In this document: positions 16,050 through 25,102 of the stretch, piece after piece
How the letters are laid out: each line of letters starts with the position of its first letter
Numbering within the stretch: the stretch's first letter is position 1
Assembly: GCF_034335015.1 (NCBI RefSeq)
Contig: NZ_JAWXXK010000008.1
Span: forward strand, 64,833-96,832
Source of the DNA: Neglectibacter caecimuris
GTDB lineage: Bacteria > Bacillota > Clostridia > Oscillospirales > Acutalibacteraceae
Direction: 5' to 3'
DNA: 32,000 nucleotides
Translations under genes and position numbers: made by a program
Notes under the pieces: model-generated
Told to the model about the DNA's origin: nothing
What the model saw: only the letters and a program-made list of their open reading frames with translations
Databases searched by the model: none

Positions 16050-17184
16050 AAAGAAAACAAATTATGAAGATGATTATTTGCTTTTCAAAAACAGATTATC
16101 CATCAAAATGCTGCTCATGATGGTTTGTTCCCTTCTGATTATAGCGGTTGTTTATCTGTTTATTTTAAAAGGAAATTTTGCAAATGTCGTAGTAGGCTTT
16201 TTAGAACGCTTTGTCTACTATGACCGCGACGAGGCTGTGTCTGTCTATCTTAGAACCTTCAAGAGATATGAGATATGGCTTTTCCTGTTGGCGGTTCTGG
16301 GTGTGTTTTTTGTGATTTTTCGCATGTTTGTGGGCAATGTTTCAAAATACTTTCAGGAGATCAACCGTGGAATTGATTCCCTGGTGAATGAAGATGCCCA
16401 GGATATTGCCCTTCCGGCAGAACTTGCCTCAACAGAAAGAAAGATAAATTCCATACGGCATACCCTGACGAAAAGAAAATCGGACGCCGAGCTTGCAGAG
16501 CAAAGGAAAAATGACCTTGTTATGTATCTGGCCCATGACTTAAAAACCCCTCTTTCATCGGTGATCGGATATTTGACCCTGTTAAGGGACGAAGGCCAGA
16601 TTTCCGATGAACTTAGGGAACGGTATCTAACCATATCATTGGATAAGGCAGAGCGCCTTGAAGATTTGATTAACGAATTTTTTGAGATTACACGGTTCAA
16701 TCTTTCCAGTATTACGCTTGTATACGGCAAAATCAATCTGACGAGGATGCTCGAACAGTTGGCATATGAGTTTAAGCCGATGCTGGCCGGGAAAGACCTC
16801 AAGCTGGAATTTGAAATGCAGCCGGATATTTTTGTTTCGTGTGATGCAAACAAGATGCAGCGTGTATTTGATAACCTGTTGCGAAACGCTGTCAGCTATT
16901 GTAATGCAGATACAAGCATTAAGATAATTACAGAGCAAATAGAAGATCAAGTGCTGATTAAAGTCGTAAATGAGGGAAATACAATCCCGCAGGAACGATT
17001 AGAAAGAATATTTGAGCAATTCTACCGCCTGGATGTATCACGAAGTTCAACCACTGGCGGAGCCGGCCTGGGACTAGCCATTGCAAAGGAGATTGTTGAA
17101 CTTCATCACGGGCAGATTACCGCCCACAGTACGGACGGCTTTACCTGCTTTGAGGTATCATTGCCGCTCGTAGGAAAATCGTAA
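16039..17184 (+). CDS. vanS: VanS-type sensor histidine kinase
   Basis: The TTG start overlaps the vanR stop by 11 nt. It has two N-terminal TM segments, H-box LAHDLKTPLS, N-box NLLRNAVSY and G-box GGAGLGLAIAK. The 381-aa ORF is intact. Confidence 0.85.
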   Translation: MKNKKKTNYEDDYLLFKNRLSIKMLLMMVCSLLIIAVVYLFILKGNFANVVVGFLERFVYYDRDEAVSVYLRTFKRYEIWLFLLAVLGVFFVIFRMFVGNVSKYFQEINRGIDSLVNEDAQDIALPAELASTERKINSIRHTLTKRKSDAELAEQRKNDLVMYLAHDLKTPLSSVIGYLTLLRDEGQISDELRERYLTISLDKAERLEDLINEFFEITRFNLSSITLVYGKINLTRMLEQLAYEFKPMLAGKDLKLEFEMQPDIFVSCDANKMQRVFDNLLRNAVSYCNADTSIKIITEQIEDQVLIKVVNEGNTIPQERLERIFEQFYRLDVSRSSTTGGAGLGLAIAKEIVELHHGQITAHSTDGFTCFEVSLPLVGKS

Positions 17185-17233
17185 GAAATTCCGCTAAAAA
17201 TCATATATTATCCGCAAAGGAAAGCGAAAACAT

Positions 17234-17281
17234 AAATCGCTCCATTCTGATATGCTATATATCGGGTGGAGCGATTTTTTT
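17234..17281 (+). terminator. Hairpin plus T-run between vanS and vanY
   Basis: AAATCGCTCCA (17234-17244) pairs with TGGAGCGATTT (17267-17277). The loop is 22 nt and the T-run extends to 17281. The loop contains TGcTATAT (17253-17260). Confidence 0.5.
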
Positions 17282-17308
17282 ACTTCCAGAAAGGAGTTTG
17301 GGATAACG

Positions 17309-18361
17309 ATGGAATATCAGAACAATAACGGAAACTACGATAACAGGAACCGGAGGAAATCAAAAAAGAAAAAAGGGGGTTATTACAGAGCTGTATGTAT
17401 CGTGCTCTGTTTACTCATAGCCGTTACAGCATTCGGAATTGTGAATCTGATAAGGAGCGGCAAAGAAACCCCTATCCCCAGCAAAAAGGTTACTCAAAAT
17501 AATGAGGCTTATTCTCTTGGGGATAGCGGACAAAACAAGACGGTTTCCCCGTCCCTTGACTTAAGCAATTCTCTTTCCGTAGACATCACGGCGGCAAATG
17601 CTATTGTAATCAATGCTGATACCAATGAGACATTGTATCAGAAAAGCGGAACAGACAAAATTGCGCCGGCCAGCACAGCTAAGATGATTACAGCATTGAC
17701 AGTGCTGGACTATTGTTCCCCGGACGATGAAATGAGGGTAGGCGCGGAAATTGAAATGATGTCTGGTGATTCGTCAAGGGCATGGCTTATGCAGGGCGAT
17801 ACCCTGACCGTCAGACAGCTCTTAATTGCCCTTATGCTTCCCTCCGGCAATGACGCAGCTTATACGCTCGCGGTGAATACCGGAAAGAAAATTGCCGGAG
17901 ATAACGGCTTGTCAGATGCGCAGTCCATTGATGTGTTCATGGATAAAGTAAATGAGAAGGCCAAGACGCTTGGGGCTGAAAGCTCAAACTTTGTAGTCCC
18001 GGACGGATATGACGCCGATGGGCAGTATACTACGGCCTACGATCTCGCGGTTATTGCAAAGGCATGTTTGGATGACCCTTGTATTTCGGAGATCGTGGCA
18101 AGCTATTCGTCTTATGAAAGATGGCCGAATGGCCGGGAAGTCACTTACAACAATACAAATGAACTTCTCAATCCAAACAGCCAGTATTATCGGCCAGAAG
18201 TGATCGGCCTAAAAACGGGAACCAGCAGTCTCGGCGGCGCCTGTATCGTTTCTGCTGCTGTCATTAACGGGAACACCTATATCTGTGCAGTCATGGGCTC
18301 CACTGAGAACGACAGATTCCAGGACAGCATTGATATTATCGACGCAATTAAAAACCAATAG
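17309..18361 (+). CDS. vanY: PBP-type (S11-like) D,D-carboxypeptidase, VanY of the VanD type
   Basis: SD AAAGGAG at 17290-17296 and ATG at 17309. It has a basic N-terminus and a TM anchor. The penicillin-binding motifs SxxK (ASTAKM), SxN (PSGND) and KTG (LKTGTS) are all present. Confidence 0.8.
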   Translation: MEYQNNNGNYDNRNRRKSKKKKGGYYRAVCIVLCLLIAVTAFGIVNLIRSGKETPIPSKKVTQNNEAYSLGDSGQNKTVSPSLDLSNSLSVDITAANAIVINADTNETLYQKSGTDKIAPASTAKMITALTVLDYCSPDDEMRVGAEIEMMSGDSSRAWLMQGDTLTVRQLLIALMLPSGNDAAYTLAVNTGKKIAGDNGLSDAQSIDVFMDKVNEKAKTLGAESSNFVVPDGYDADGQYTTAYDLAVIAKACLDDPCISEIVASYSSYERWPNGREVTYNNTNELLNPNSQYYRPEVIGLKTGTSSLGGACIVSAAVINGNTYICAVMGSTENDRFQDSIDIIDAIKNQ

Positions 18362-18380
18362 AATACTAAGGAGGGAACCA

Positions 18381-19352
18381 ATGAAGAAAAAGATTGATAT
18401 TACTGTTTTTGGATGTGAGCCGGACGAAGCAGCGGTTTTCCATAAACTTTCCCGTGAATTTGGCGTTACGGTCTCACTCATAGGAGAAGCCGTATCGGAA
18501 AACAATGCAAAATTAGCGGAAGGATGCCAGTGTGTCAGTATAAGCCACAAAGCGGAACTATCAGAACCTCTCCTTCTTGCGCTGAAAAGTGCCGGCGTAA
18601 AATATATCTGCACCCGGAGTATCGGTTTCAACCATATTGATATACAGGCAGCCGGGCAAATGGGAATGACCATCGGCACGGTTGCATACTCACCAGGGAG
18701 CGTCGCCGACTATGCCATTATGCTGATGCTTATGCTGATGCGTGGAACAAAATCCGTAATACACAGAACAGAAAAACAGGATTATTGCCTGAATAACCTT
18801 CGCGGGAAGGAACTGCGGGATATGACGGTTGGCGTGTTAGGGGCAGGACGGATCGGACAGGCAGTGATGGAACGCCTGAAGGGATTTGGCTGTAGGGTGC
18901 TGGCATATGACCGCAATCGTAAGGCAGGAGCAGACTATGTTCCGTTTCGTGAACTGCTGCAAAGAAGCGACATCATTACGCTTCATGTCCCACTGGCAGA
19001 AGATACTTTCCATATGATTGGCCGTGAGCAATTAGAAATGATGAAGAAAGAGGCGCTTCTTATCAATACAGCGCGGGGCGCTTTAGTGGACACCGAGGCA
19101 TTGGTAGACGCGCTGGCAGATGGGAGAATTGGAGGCGCCGCCTTAGATGTACTGGAAGGCGAAGAAGGGGTTTTTTATTATGACTGCACGCACAAGGCGT
19201 TAGAACATCCCTTTTTATCGGCCCTACAAAGGATGCCAAATGTAATTGTTACGCCGCATACTGCCTACCATACGGAACGGGTGTTGGTTGACACAGTGAG
19301 CAATACGATTCGGAATTGTCTGAATTTTGAAAGGAGTCTTGGAAATGTATAA
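18381..19352 (+). CDS. vanH: VanH D-specific 2-hydroxyacid (D-lactate) dehydrogenase
   Basis: SD AAGGAGG at 18368-18374 and ATG at 18381. NAD-binding motif GVLGAGRIGQAV and a C-terminal TPHTAYHT catalytic region. Confidence 0.9.
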   Translation: MKKKIDITVFGCEPDEAAVFHKLSREFGVTVSLIGEAVSENNAKLAEGCQCVSISHKAELSEPLLLALKSAGVKYICTRSIGFNHIDIQAAGQMGMTIGTVAYSPGSVADYAIMLMLMLMRGTKSVIHRTEKQDYCLNNLRGKELRDMTVGVLGAGRIGQAVMERLKGFGCRVLAYDRNRKAGADYVPFRELLQRSDIITLHVPLAEDTFHMIGREQLEMMKKEALLINTARGALVDTEALVDALADGRIGGAALDVLEGEEGVFYYDCTHKALEHPFLSALQRMPNVIVTPHTAYHTERVLVDTVSNTIRNCLNFERSLGNV

Positions 19353-20376
19353 GATAAACGTTGCGGTCCTGTTTGGGGGCTGCTCAGAGGAACATACTGT
19401 CTCGATAAAATCTGCAATAGAGCTTGCCGCAAACATAGATACGGGAAAATATCAGCCTTTTTATATTGGGATCACAAAATCCGGCGTTTGGAAACTGTGC
19501 GAAAAGCCCTGCCTGGATTGGGAACGATATGCAAAATATCCGGTCGTCTTTTCGCCGGGAAGAAATACGCATGGCCTGCTGATACAAAAAGATGATGGAT
19601 ATGAAATACAGCCTGTGGATGTAGTATTTCCAATGATTCATGGCAAATTTGGGGAAGATGGATCAATACAGGGGCTGCTCGAACTGTCGGGTATTCCTTA
19701 TGTTGGCTGTGATATTCAAAGTTCCGTGATTTGCATGGACAAATCGCTTGCTTATACCGTTGTAAAAAATGCAGGTATCGAAGCCCCCAATTTCCAGCTC
19801 ATCCAGGACGGCGGCAGCCCGGAAACAGAGAAGTTTAGTTTTCCCCTTTTTGTGAAACCTGCACGCTCTGGTTCTTCCTTTGGCGTAAACAAGGTAGATA
19901 AAGCGGAGGATTTATGTGCAGCGATAAATGAAGCAAAGCAATATGACAGAAAAGTATTGATCGAGCAGGCGGTTTCCGGGAGTGAGGTCGGCTGCGCCGT
20001 ATTGGGAAATGGTACTGACTTAATTGTTGGCGAGGTCGATCAGATCAGCCTGAAACACGGATTCTTTAAGATTCACCAGGAAGCACAGCCAGAAAAGGGG
20101 TCTGAAAATGCAACGATCAAAGTTCCGGCTGACCTTCCGACAAAGGTAAGGGAACAGATTCAGGAAACAGCTAAGAAGATTTATCAGACACTTGGGTGCA
20201 GAGGCTTGGCCCGCATTGACCTGTTTTTGCGGGAGGACGGGCAAATTGTCCTCAATGAAGTGAATACCATGCCTGGTTTTACTTCGTATAGCCGCTATCC
20301 CCGCATGATGACTGCGGCAGGCTTTACCCTTTCGGAACTCATTGACCGTTTGATTGAACTGGCTCTCAGGAGGTAA
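19345..20376 (+). CDS. vanD: D-alanine--D-lactate ligase. VanD type is assigned from operon architecture.
   Basis: ATG 19345 overlaps the vanH stop. The sequence runs MYKINVAVLFGGCSEEHTVSIKSA ... FKIHQE ... PEKGSENA ... NEVNTMPGFTSYSRYPRMM, a Van ligase signature including the His of D-Lac-type enzymes. It is flanked by vanH and vanX. Confidence 0.85.
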   Translation: MYKINVAVLFGGCSEEHTVSIKSAIELAANIDTGKYQPFYIGITKSGVWKLCEKPCLDWERYAKYPVVFSPGRNTHGLLIQKDDGYEIQPVDVVFPMIHGKFGEDGSIQGLLELSGIPYVGCDIQSSVICMDKSLAYTVVKNAGIEAPNFQLIQDGGSPETEKFSFPLFVKPARSGSSFGVNKVDKAEDLCAAINEAKQYDRKVLIEQAVSGSEVGCAVLGNGTDLIVGEVDQISLKHGFFKIHQEAQPEKGSENATIKVPADLPTKVREQIQETAKKIYQTLGCRGLARIDLFLREDGQIVLNEVNTMPGFTSYSRYPRMMTAAGFTLSELIDRLIELALRR

Positions 20377-20381
20377 ACACG

Positions 20382-20990
20382 ATGGAAAAGAATTTTGTTT
20401 TTTTAGATGAAATGCTGCCCGGTGTCCGTTGGGACGCCAAATATGCCACATGGGATAATTTCACTGGTAAACCGGTGGACGGATATACGGTAAACCGTAT
20501 TGTGGGAACGAAAGAGTTGGGAGCTGCTTTACGCAAAGCTCAAAAACTTGCCAGAAAACAAGGATATGGTCTACTCTTATGGGACGGTTATCGCCCTCAG
20601 TGTGCCGTAGATTGTTTTCTACACTGGGCGTCACTCCCGGAGAACAATCTGACGAAAAAGCGGTATTACCCAAATATAAAGAGGAATGAGATGGTTACAA
20701 AGGGATATGTGGCTTCACAGTCCAGCCACAGCCGCGGAGGTGCAGTTGATCTCACGATTTTTTATTTAGATACTGGTATGCTTGTTCCTATGGGCGGTGA
20801 CTTTGATTTTATGGATGAACGGTCCCATCATACTGCAAGCGGTCTGACAGAAGCGGAATCAAGAAACCGGGAATGTCTGTGTCATATTATGGAAAGCAGC
20901 GGATTTGAAGCCTATTGTAACGAATGGTGGCATTATGTTCTGGCAGATGAACCGTACCCAAATACATATTTCAATTTTTGCATTTCATGA
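20382..20990 (+). CDS. vanX: VanX D-Ala-D-Ala dipeptidase
   Basis: 202 aa. Zn-ligand motifs SSHSRGGAVD and EWWHY, with the N-terminus FVFLDEMLPGVRWDAKYATWDNFTGKPVDGY. Confidence 0.9.
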   Translation: MEKNFVFLDEMLPGVRWDAKYATWDNFTGKPVDGYTVNRIVGTKELGAALRKAQKLARKQGYGLLLWDGYRPQCAVDCFLHWASLPENNLTKKRYYPNIKRNEMVTKGYVASQSSHSRGGAVDLTIFYLDTGMLVPMGGDFDFMDERSHHTASGLTEAESRNRECLCHIMESSGFEAYCNEWWHYVLADEPYPNTYFNFCIS

Positions 20991-21037
20991 CTAACTGAAC
21001 TGGTATACTGATGATATTCGTCATTTCCAAACGAAAA

Positions 21038-21066
21038 GCGGAGAGTGATTTTCTCTCCGCTTTTCG
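21038..21066. terminator. Bidirectional rho-independent terminator between the convergent van and GntR-ABC operons
   Basis: GCGGAGAG (21038-21045) pairs with CTCTCCGC (21053-21060) across a 7-nt loop. AAAA lies upstream and TTTTCGTTT downstream. Confidence 0.75.
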
Positions 21067-21077
21067 TTTCGATTACT

Positions 21078-21245
21078 TTATTTTGTCACGAGGGGCTTTC
21101 CGTCTTTGTCAACTAATGGGCAAATACCCCCGCCCGTTCCAAACTTTGCGACAAGGTAATTAACACCGGTTTCTTTATCTACTACCACATAAAAGCCCTT
21201 AACGCTTCCCTCGGTTTCTGTAATTTCAAATCTCTTGCTTTCCAT
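21078..21245 (-). CDS. Small protein (55 aa), DUF6440-like
   Basis: Below the ORF-track cutoff. SD AGGAGG (complement of 21254-21259) and ATG (complement of 21243-21245). Translation: MESKRFEITETEGSVKGFYVVVDKETGVNYLVAKFGTGGGICPLVDKDGKPLVTK. The family assignment is from memory. Confidence 0.5.
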   Translation of the reverse strand: MESKRFEITETEGSVKGFYVVVDKETGVNYLVAKFGTGGGICPLVDKDGKPLVTK

Positions 21246-21272
21246 AAAAAATGCCTCCTGTATAGGTTAAAA

Positions 21273-21920
21273 TCAAAGTTCCTGTCTTGAAAAGATATGA
21301 TAACTGATTTGGTACATTACATAGCACCACGCCAATGCAAGGAGCGGAGAACAGCACAGAAGGATAAACACAAGCTGGTCTGTCAATTCAACTCCCAGTA
21401 TGGTAAGAAGCTGGTATATCCCAAAACAAATCCCTGCCGGAATGAGGAATGATACTAACAGCAGCACACGGCCTTTTTCGGCTCCGAATTTGAACACAAG
21501 AGGCATTGACATACTTCCAAAGATCAGGGAGATCACCCATGCTGCCAAAGCCAAAAATAACAGCTCTCCAATTCCCGCGAAGTCAAAAGTGATTTTTCTC
21601 ATAGCAAATCCACTGATGGAACCAATCACCAGACCAAACAGGCTGCCGACAGCACAAAAGATTGCTAATACAACAAATTTCCCAACCACTAACTCCTTCT
21701 TTGAAACAGGCATTATCATGGCATATCGCGTCCATTTGGAATTGTCATCAAAAGAAAAGGTTGTTACGATCATCATGCTGCACAAAATTGCACATACAAA
21801 TATATATCCCTCTACGCCGGAAAATGGGATAAGCGCAACGGCAAAAACCGCGAGAATGAACAGCATGGATTTCGCATTGTGGCCGATATTGAATAAATCT
21901 TTCAAAATAAGGCTTTTCAT
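21273..21920 (-). CDS. ABC-2-type transporter permease
   Basis: 215-aa polytopic membrane protein. Its start overlaps the ATPase stop by 4 nt. Confidence 0.7.
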   Translation of the reverse strand: MKSLILKDLFNIGHNAKSMLFILAVFAVALIPFSGVEGYIFVCAILCSMMIVTTFSFDDNSKWTRYAMIMPVSKKELVVGKFVVLAIFCAVGSLFGLVIGSISGFAMRKITFDFAGIGELLFLALAAWVISLIFGSMSMPLVFKFGAEKGRVLLLVSFLIPAGICFGIYQLLTILGVELTDQLVFILLCCSPLLALAWCYVMYQISYHIFSRQEL

Positions 21921-22783
21921 CTGGCTTGCTCTCCTTTCACATACAGCAGCAGAATATCGTCGATTATTGCGTCGTCCACTACTGCATTTTTATATTTTCT
22001 TCTGGCTTTTCCTTTATCTGCTACAAGCACATTCCATTGGTAATCATCTTTTCGGTATGCCAAAATCTCATCTTTATCGAGCTGATCGAACATTGCAGCT
22101 CCACAACGGATAATACCATAGTGGTAACGAAGTTCGTCTTTTGTTTTACAAAAAAGCACTTTACCCTGATGGATAAAAGTAATGTAATCTGCAACCTTCT
22201 CTAAATCGGTTGTGATATGGGACGACATCAAAATGGAGTGGTTTTCGTCCTGCACAAAATCAAGAAATACGTCAAGAATATCATCCCGCATCACAGGGTC
22301 AAGACCGCTGGTAGCTTCATCTAAAATCAGCAGCTTTGGCTTATGGGAAAGCGCAACGGCTATACACAATTTCATTTTCATTCCTTTGGAGAGTGTTTTA
22401 ATCTCTTTATCTGATGGAAGCTGAAAGCGATTCAGAAAATCCTGATATAAATATTCGTCCCACTGTTTATAGGCGGCACTTGAGATTTTTCCGACTTTGG
22501 CAGGAGTCAAAGTGTCATAAAAATTGATGCCGTCGAAAACAACACCTATATCCTCTTTAAGCTGACTTGATGAGGATAATTCCTGTCCCCAAAAAGTAAC
22601 TGTACCATCGTCTTTATGGATAAGGTCAAGAATTGCATTGATCGTTGTACTTTTTCCGGCTCCATTTTCGCCAATAAGCCCCATGATAGTTCCTTTGGGA
22701 ACAGAGAACGAAACATGGTCTAACATAAAACCGGCGTACTGTTTTGTCAGATTTTCAACCTGTAAAATAGCGTCCATAGTCAC
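21917..22783 (-). CDS. ABC transporter ATP-binding protein
   Basis: Walker A GENGAGKST, signature LSKGMKMKL and Walker B LLILDEATSGLD. It carries a C-terminal extension typical of YtrB-like ATPases. Confidence 0.9.
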   Translation of the reverse strand: MTMDAILQVENLTKQYAGFMLDHVSFSVPKGTIMGLIGENGAGKSTTINAILDLIHKDDGTVTFWGQELSSSSQLKEDIGVVFDGINFYDTLTPAKVGKISSAAYKQWDEYLYQDFLNRFQLPSDKEIKTLSKGMKMKLCIAVALSHKPKLLILDEATSGLDPVMRDDILDVFLDFVQDENHSILMSSHITTDLEKVADYITFIHQGKVLFCKTKDELRYHYGIIRCGAAMFDQLDKDEILAYRKDDYQWNVLVADKGKARRKYKNAVVDDAIIDDILLLYVKGEQAR

Positions 22784-23157
22784 TCCTCCTCTTGATAAAA
22801 AAGCGATAAAAGCTCAATCAGTTTTTTCAACGATATACCGCTTGTTCGTCCAATATCAGCGGCTTCCTGTAAATGTTCCTCTGCTAATCGCTGCTGTTCC
22901 TCTTGATAAAAGTCCTTATTCTGTGCCGATACAAAACTTCCTCTGCCGATAGTTGTTTCAATAAATCCGTCCCTTTGTAAATCCTCATACGCTTTTTGAA
23001 CGGTAATCACGCTTACATGGATAGATTTTGCCAACGCCCGCATAGAGGGAATAGGGTCGCCTGTTTGTAATTCTCCGCTCATAATCAGGGCTTTTATCTG
23101 TGAAGTTATCTGCTCATATATCGGCTTGCTCGTATTGCTGCTTATGATAATTTCCAC
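22780..23157 (-). CDS. GntR-family (YtrA-subfamily-like) transcriptional regulator
   Basis: The GTG start at 23157 is preceded by SD AGGAGGGA. The wHTH reads PIPSMRALAKSIHVSVITVQKAYEDLQRDGFIETTIGRGSFV, followed by a short C-terminal helical tail. Confidence 0.85.
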   Translation of the reverse strand: MEIIISSNTSKPIYEQITSQIKALIMSGELQTGDPIPSMRALAKSIHVSVITVQKAYEDLQRDGFIETTIGRGSFVSAQNKDFYQEEQQRLAEEHLQEAADIGRTSGISLKKLIELLSLFYQEEE

Positions 23158-23411
23158 AATGTCCCTCCTATGTCCATAATTGTACTTATCGTACAAGTAC
23201 ATTATATTCATTTAAAACGGGTTTGTCAAGAGGAGGGGCTGTGTATATATAGAAGATAGTAAATCTCCTTACATCGTTGTCCGTGGTTCGGCGAGGCTCA
23301 CAAAATACCATGAGTGGGCATTTTGCTGCGGATATGGATTGCACAGTGAGTACACAATCCCACCGTGAGGATTCGATATTCTCACAGCAATATGGTATGT
23401 ATTTATAGCTA

Positions 23412-23440
23412 TTGACTTTCTGCTTGCAATAAGCTATAAT
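23412..23440 (+). promoter_or_regulatory. Near-consensus sigma-70 promoter TTGACT-N17-TATAAT
   Basis: -35 at 23412-23417 and -10 at 23435-23440. An inverted-repeat operator follows immediately. Confidence 0.7.
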
Positions 23441-23465
23441 ATGACTATAAAATCAAATCAGTCAT
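23441..23465. promoter_or_regulatory. ATGAC-N15-GTCAT inverted repeat (operator copy 1, candidate TetR site)
   Basis: ATGAC at 23441-23445 and GTCAT at 23461-23465. The arms extend to ATATGACT / AGTCATAT. It abuts the -10 of the hydrolase promoter. Confidence 0.6.
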
Positions 23466-23481
23466 ATAGGTGGTATTGTGT

Positions 23482-24339
23482 ATGTATAAAGAAGTTGGCA
23501 TTTCTTCAAATAATGTTCCGATAACACTTTCTATTTGGTATACAGAAAGAAGTAGTCCTACCATTGTTTTTTTGCCGGGTACTATGTCACACCCTCTCAT
23601 GTATGAGAATTTTCTATGTGGATTGAGCGAAAGAGGGTTTAATATAATAGGTGTTCACTATCTTTCACACGGAAAAAGCCCTAAAATCAAAAAAAATTAT
23701 ATAATGGAAGATATGTTGCATAATGTATATGACGCAACAACTTACGGAATAGAAAATTTCGGTGAAAACATAGCTGTCATGGGTTCCAGTCAAGGCGGGA
23801 TTTTAGCTGCAATGGCGGCGGGGAGGGACACAAGGTTAAAAGCCGTTTTTCCACATAATATCATGCTGACTACATTAAAAGAAACTATGAGCTTAACAAA
23901 ATATCCCGCATGGTCGCACCGTTTTATGGGGCTGATACAGTGGGGCTTTCGTGTAGGTGGAAAATTGCTGCCTAACTACAAGGTTCCAGGAGACGCTTAT
24001 TTAGACTATGACAGAGTATTTTATAGTGAACAGGCAAAACAAGATTGCTTAAATGACCCTATGCTTTTACCCTATTATCCTTTAAGATTTGTCGGCAGCT
24101 TATTTAATGCTGACTTATCGTGCTTGGAGAATGGGGCTATACAATGTCCTGTTATTTTAATTACTGCCAAAGGCGACCCGCTTTTTAGCTTTGATTATAC
24201 CAACAAAGTATTTGATTTAATTCATGTACCGCAAAAGGAATTACTTGCTTTAGAGCTTAATCGTCACATGATTTTTAATGAGGACACGGACACTACAATA
24301 AACGCATTGGAACCTACATTGCATAAATATCTCGGATAG
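23482..24339 (+). CDS. Alpha/beta-fold hydrolase
   Basis: Nucleophile elbow VMGSSQGG (G-x-S-x-G). SD TAGGTGG and ATG at 23482. About 285 aa. Confidence 0.7.
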   Translation: MYKEVGISSNNVPITLSIWYTERSSPTIVFLPGTMSHPLMYENFLCGLSERGFNIIGVHYLSHGKSPKIKKNYIMEDMLHNVYDATTYGIENFGENIAVMGSSQGGILAAMAAGRDTRLKAVFPHNIMLTTLKETMSLTKYPAWSHRFMGLIQWGFRVGGKLLPNYKVPGDAYLDYDRVFYSEQAKQDCLNDPMLLPYYPLRFVGSLFNADLSCLENGAIQCPVILITAKGDPLFSFDYTNKVFDLIHVPQKELLALELNRHMIFNEDTDTTINALEPTLHKYLG

Positions 24340-24376
24340 TATATTGATAATATGAGCAGTGAATGTTATACTTTTC

Positions 24377-24401
24377 ATGACGATACTAACAATTTAGTCA
24401 T
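24377..24401. promoter_or_regulatory. ATGAC-N15-GTCAT inverted repeat (operator copy 2)
   Basis: ATGAC at 24377-24381 and GTCAT at 24397-24401, 17 nt upstream of the TetR start. Confidence 0.55.
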
Positions 24402-24417
24402 AAGGGGGTTATAAAAA

Positions 24418-24999
24418 TTGCCACGATTTACAGAACAAGAGAAAGAAATCATCAGCAATAAACTTTTGATAGAGGGAGAAAAGCTGTTTGCATTACACGG
24501 TTTGAAAAAAGTAACGGTTGATGATCTAGTGGCCGCCGTAAACATATCAAAGGGATCTTTCTATGCTTTTTATCCCAGTAAAGAACACCTATATATTGAA
24601 ATCAATTTTCGCTTACAAAAAGAGTTATTTACAAGTATAGAAACAACCATTAAAAAGAAAAAGTATAAGAACCATAGAGATTTAGCAAAGGACGTTATCA
24701 TGCTAAGTTTAACGGGGGTGATTACTTCGCCTATTCTTTCACAGATTGATTTATCTTTAATGGACTATCTGCAAAGAAAAATATCGTCAGATATTTTTGA
24801 AAATCATATGTACAGTGATATTCGTATATTGGAGATATTGGAAGATTTAGGGGTTGTATTTTTGGTTCCGCATACGGTAATTATAAAATCCCTGTATTCT
24901 GTTTTATCCTGTTTGGAACAATTCAAAGAGGACGAAGAACTGAATATGATACAAAATCTTTTAGTGAATGGTATTATTCAGCAAGTAGTAGCAGAGTAA
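24418..24999 (+). CDS. TetR/AcrR-family transcriptional regulator
   Basis: TTG start with SD AAGGGGG at 24402-24408. N-terminal HTH: LFALHGLKKVTVDDLVAAVNISKGSFYAFYPSKEHLY. Confidence 0.8.
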   Translation: MPRFTEQEKEIISNKLLIEGEKLFALHGLKKVTVDDLVAAVNISKGSFYAFYPSKEHLYIEINFRLQKELFTSIETTIKKKKYKNHRDLAKDVIMLSLTGVITSPILSQIDLSLMDYLQRKISSDIFENHMYSDIRILEILEDLGVVFLVPHTVIIKSLYSVLSCLEQFKEDEELNMIQNLLVNGIIQQVVAE

Positions 25000-25055
25000 C
25001 AATTTTGTTTGGTTATTTGACAGGCAGGTAGCCAAACAAATTTTTAACAGTTTAT

Positions 25056-25080
25056 ATGACTATATATCTATAAACGTCAT
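25056..25080. promoter_or_regulatory. ATGAC-N15-GTCAT inverted repeat (operator copy 3)
   Basis: ATGAC at 25056-25060 and GTCAT at 25076-25080 (TATGAC / GTCATA), 23 nt upstream of the ABC ATPase start. Confidence 0.55.
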
Positions 25081-25102
25081 AAAGTTAAAGGAGGAATGAA
25101 TA

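Noticed and set aside
15351-20990. Alternative typing of the van cluster as vanA, vanB or vanM
   Set aside because: vanA has vanY and vanZ after vanX. vanB has vanW between vanY and vanH. vanM shares the gene order but, as I recall, uses a Zn-type VanY. Here VanY carries the SxxK/SxN/KTG PBP motifs, which fits vanD. The allele-level call still needs a database search.
24995-25050. Hairpin TTTGTTTGG...CCAAACAAA plus T-run after the TetR gene as a terminator
   Set aside because: The stem is AT-rich with a ~19-nt loop, and the region also contains a TTGACA hexamer. It is too weak to call either way.
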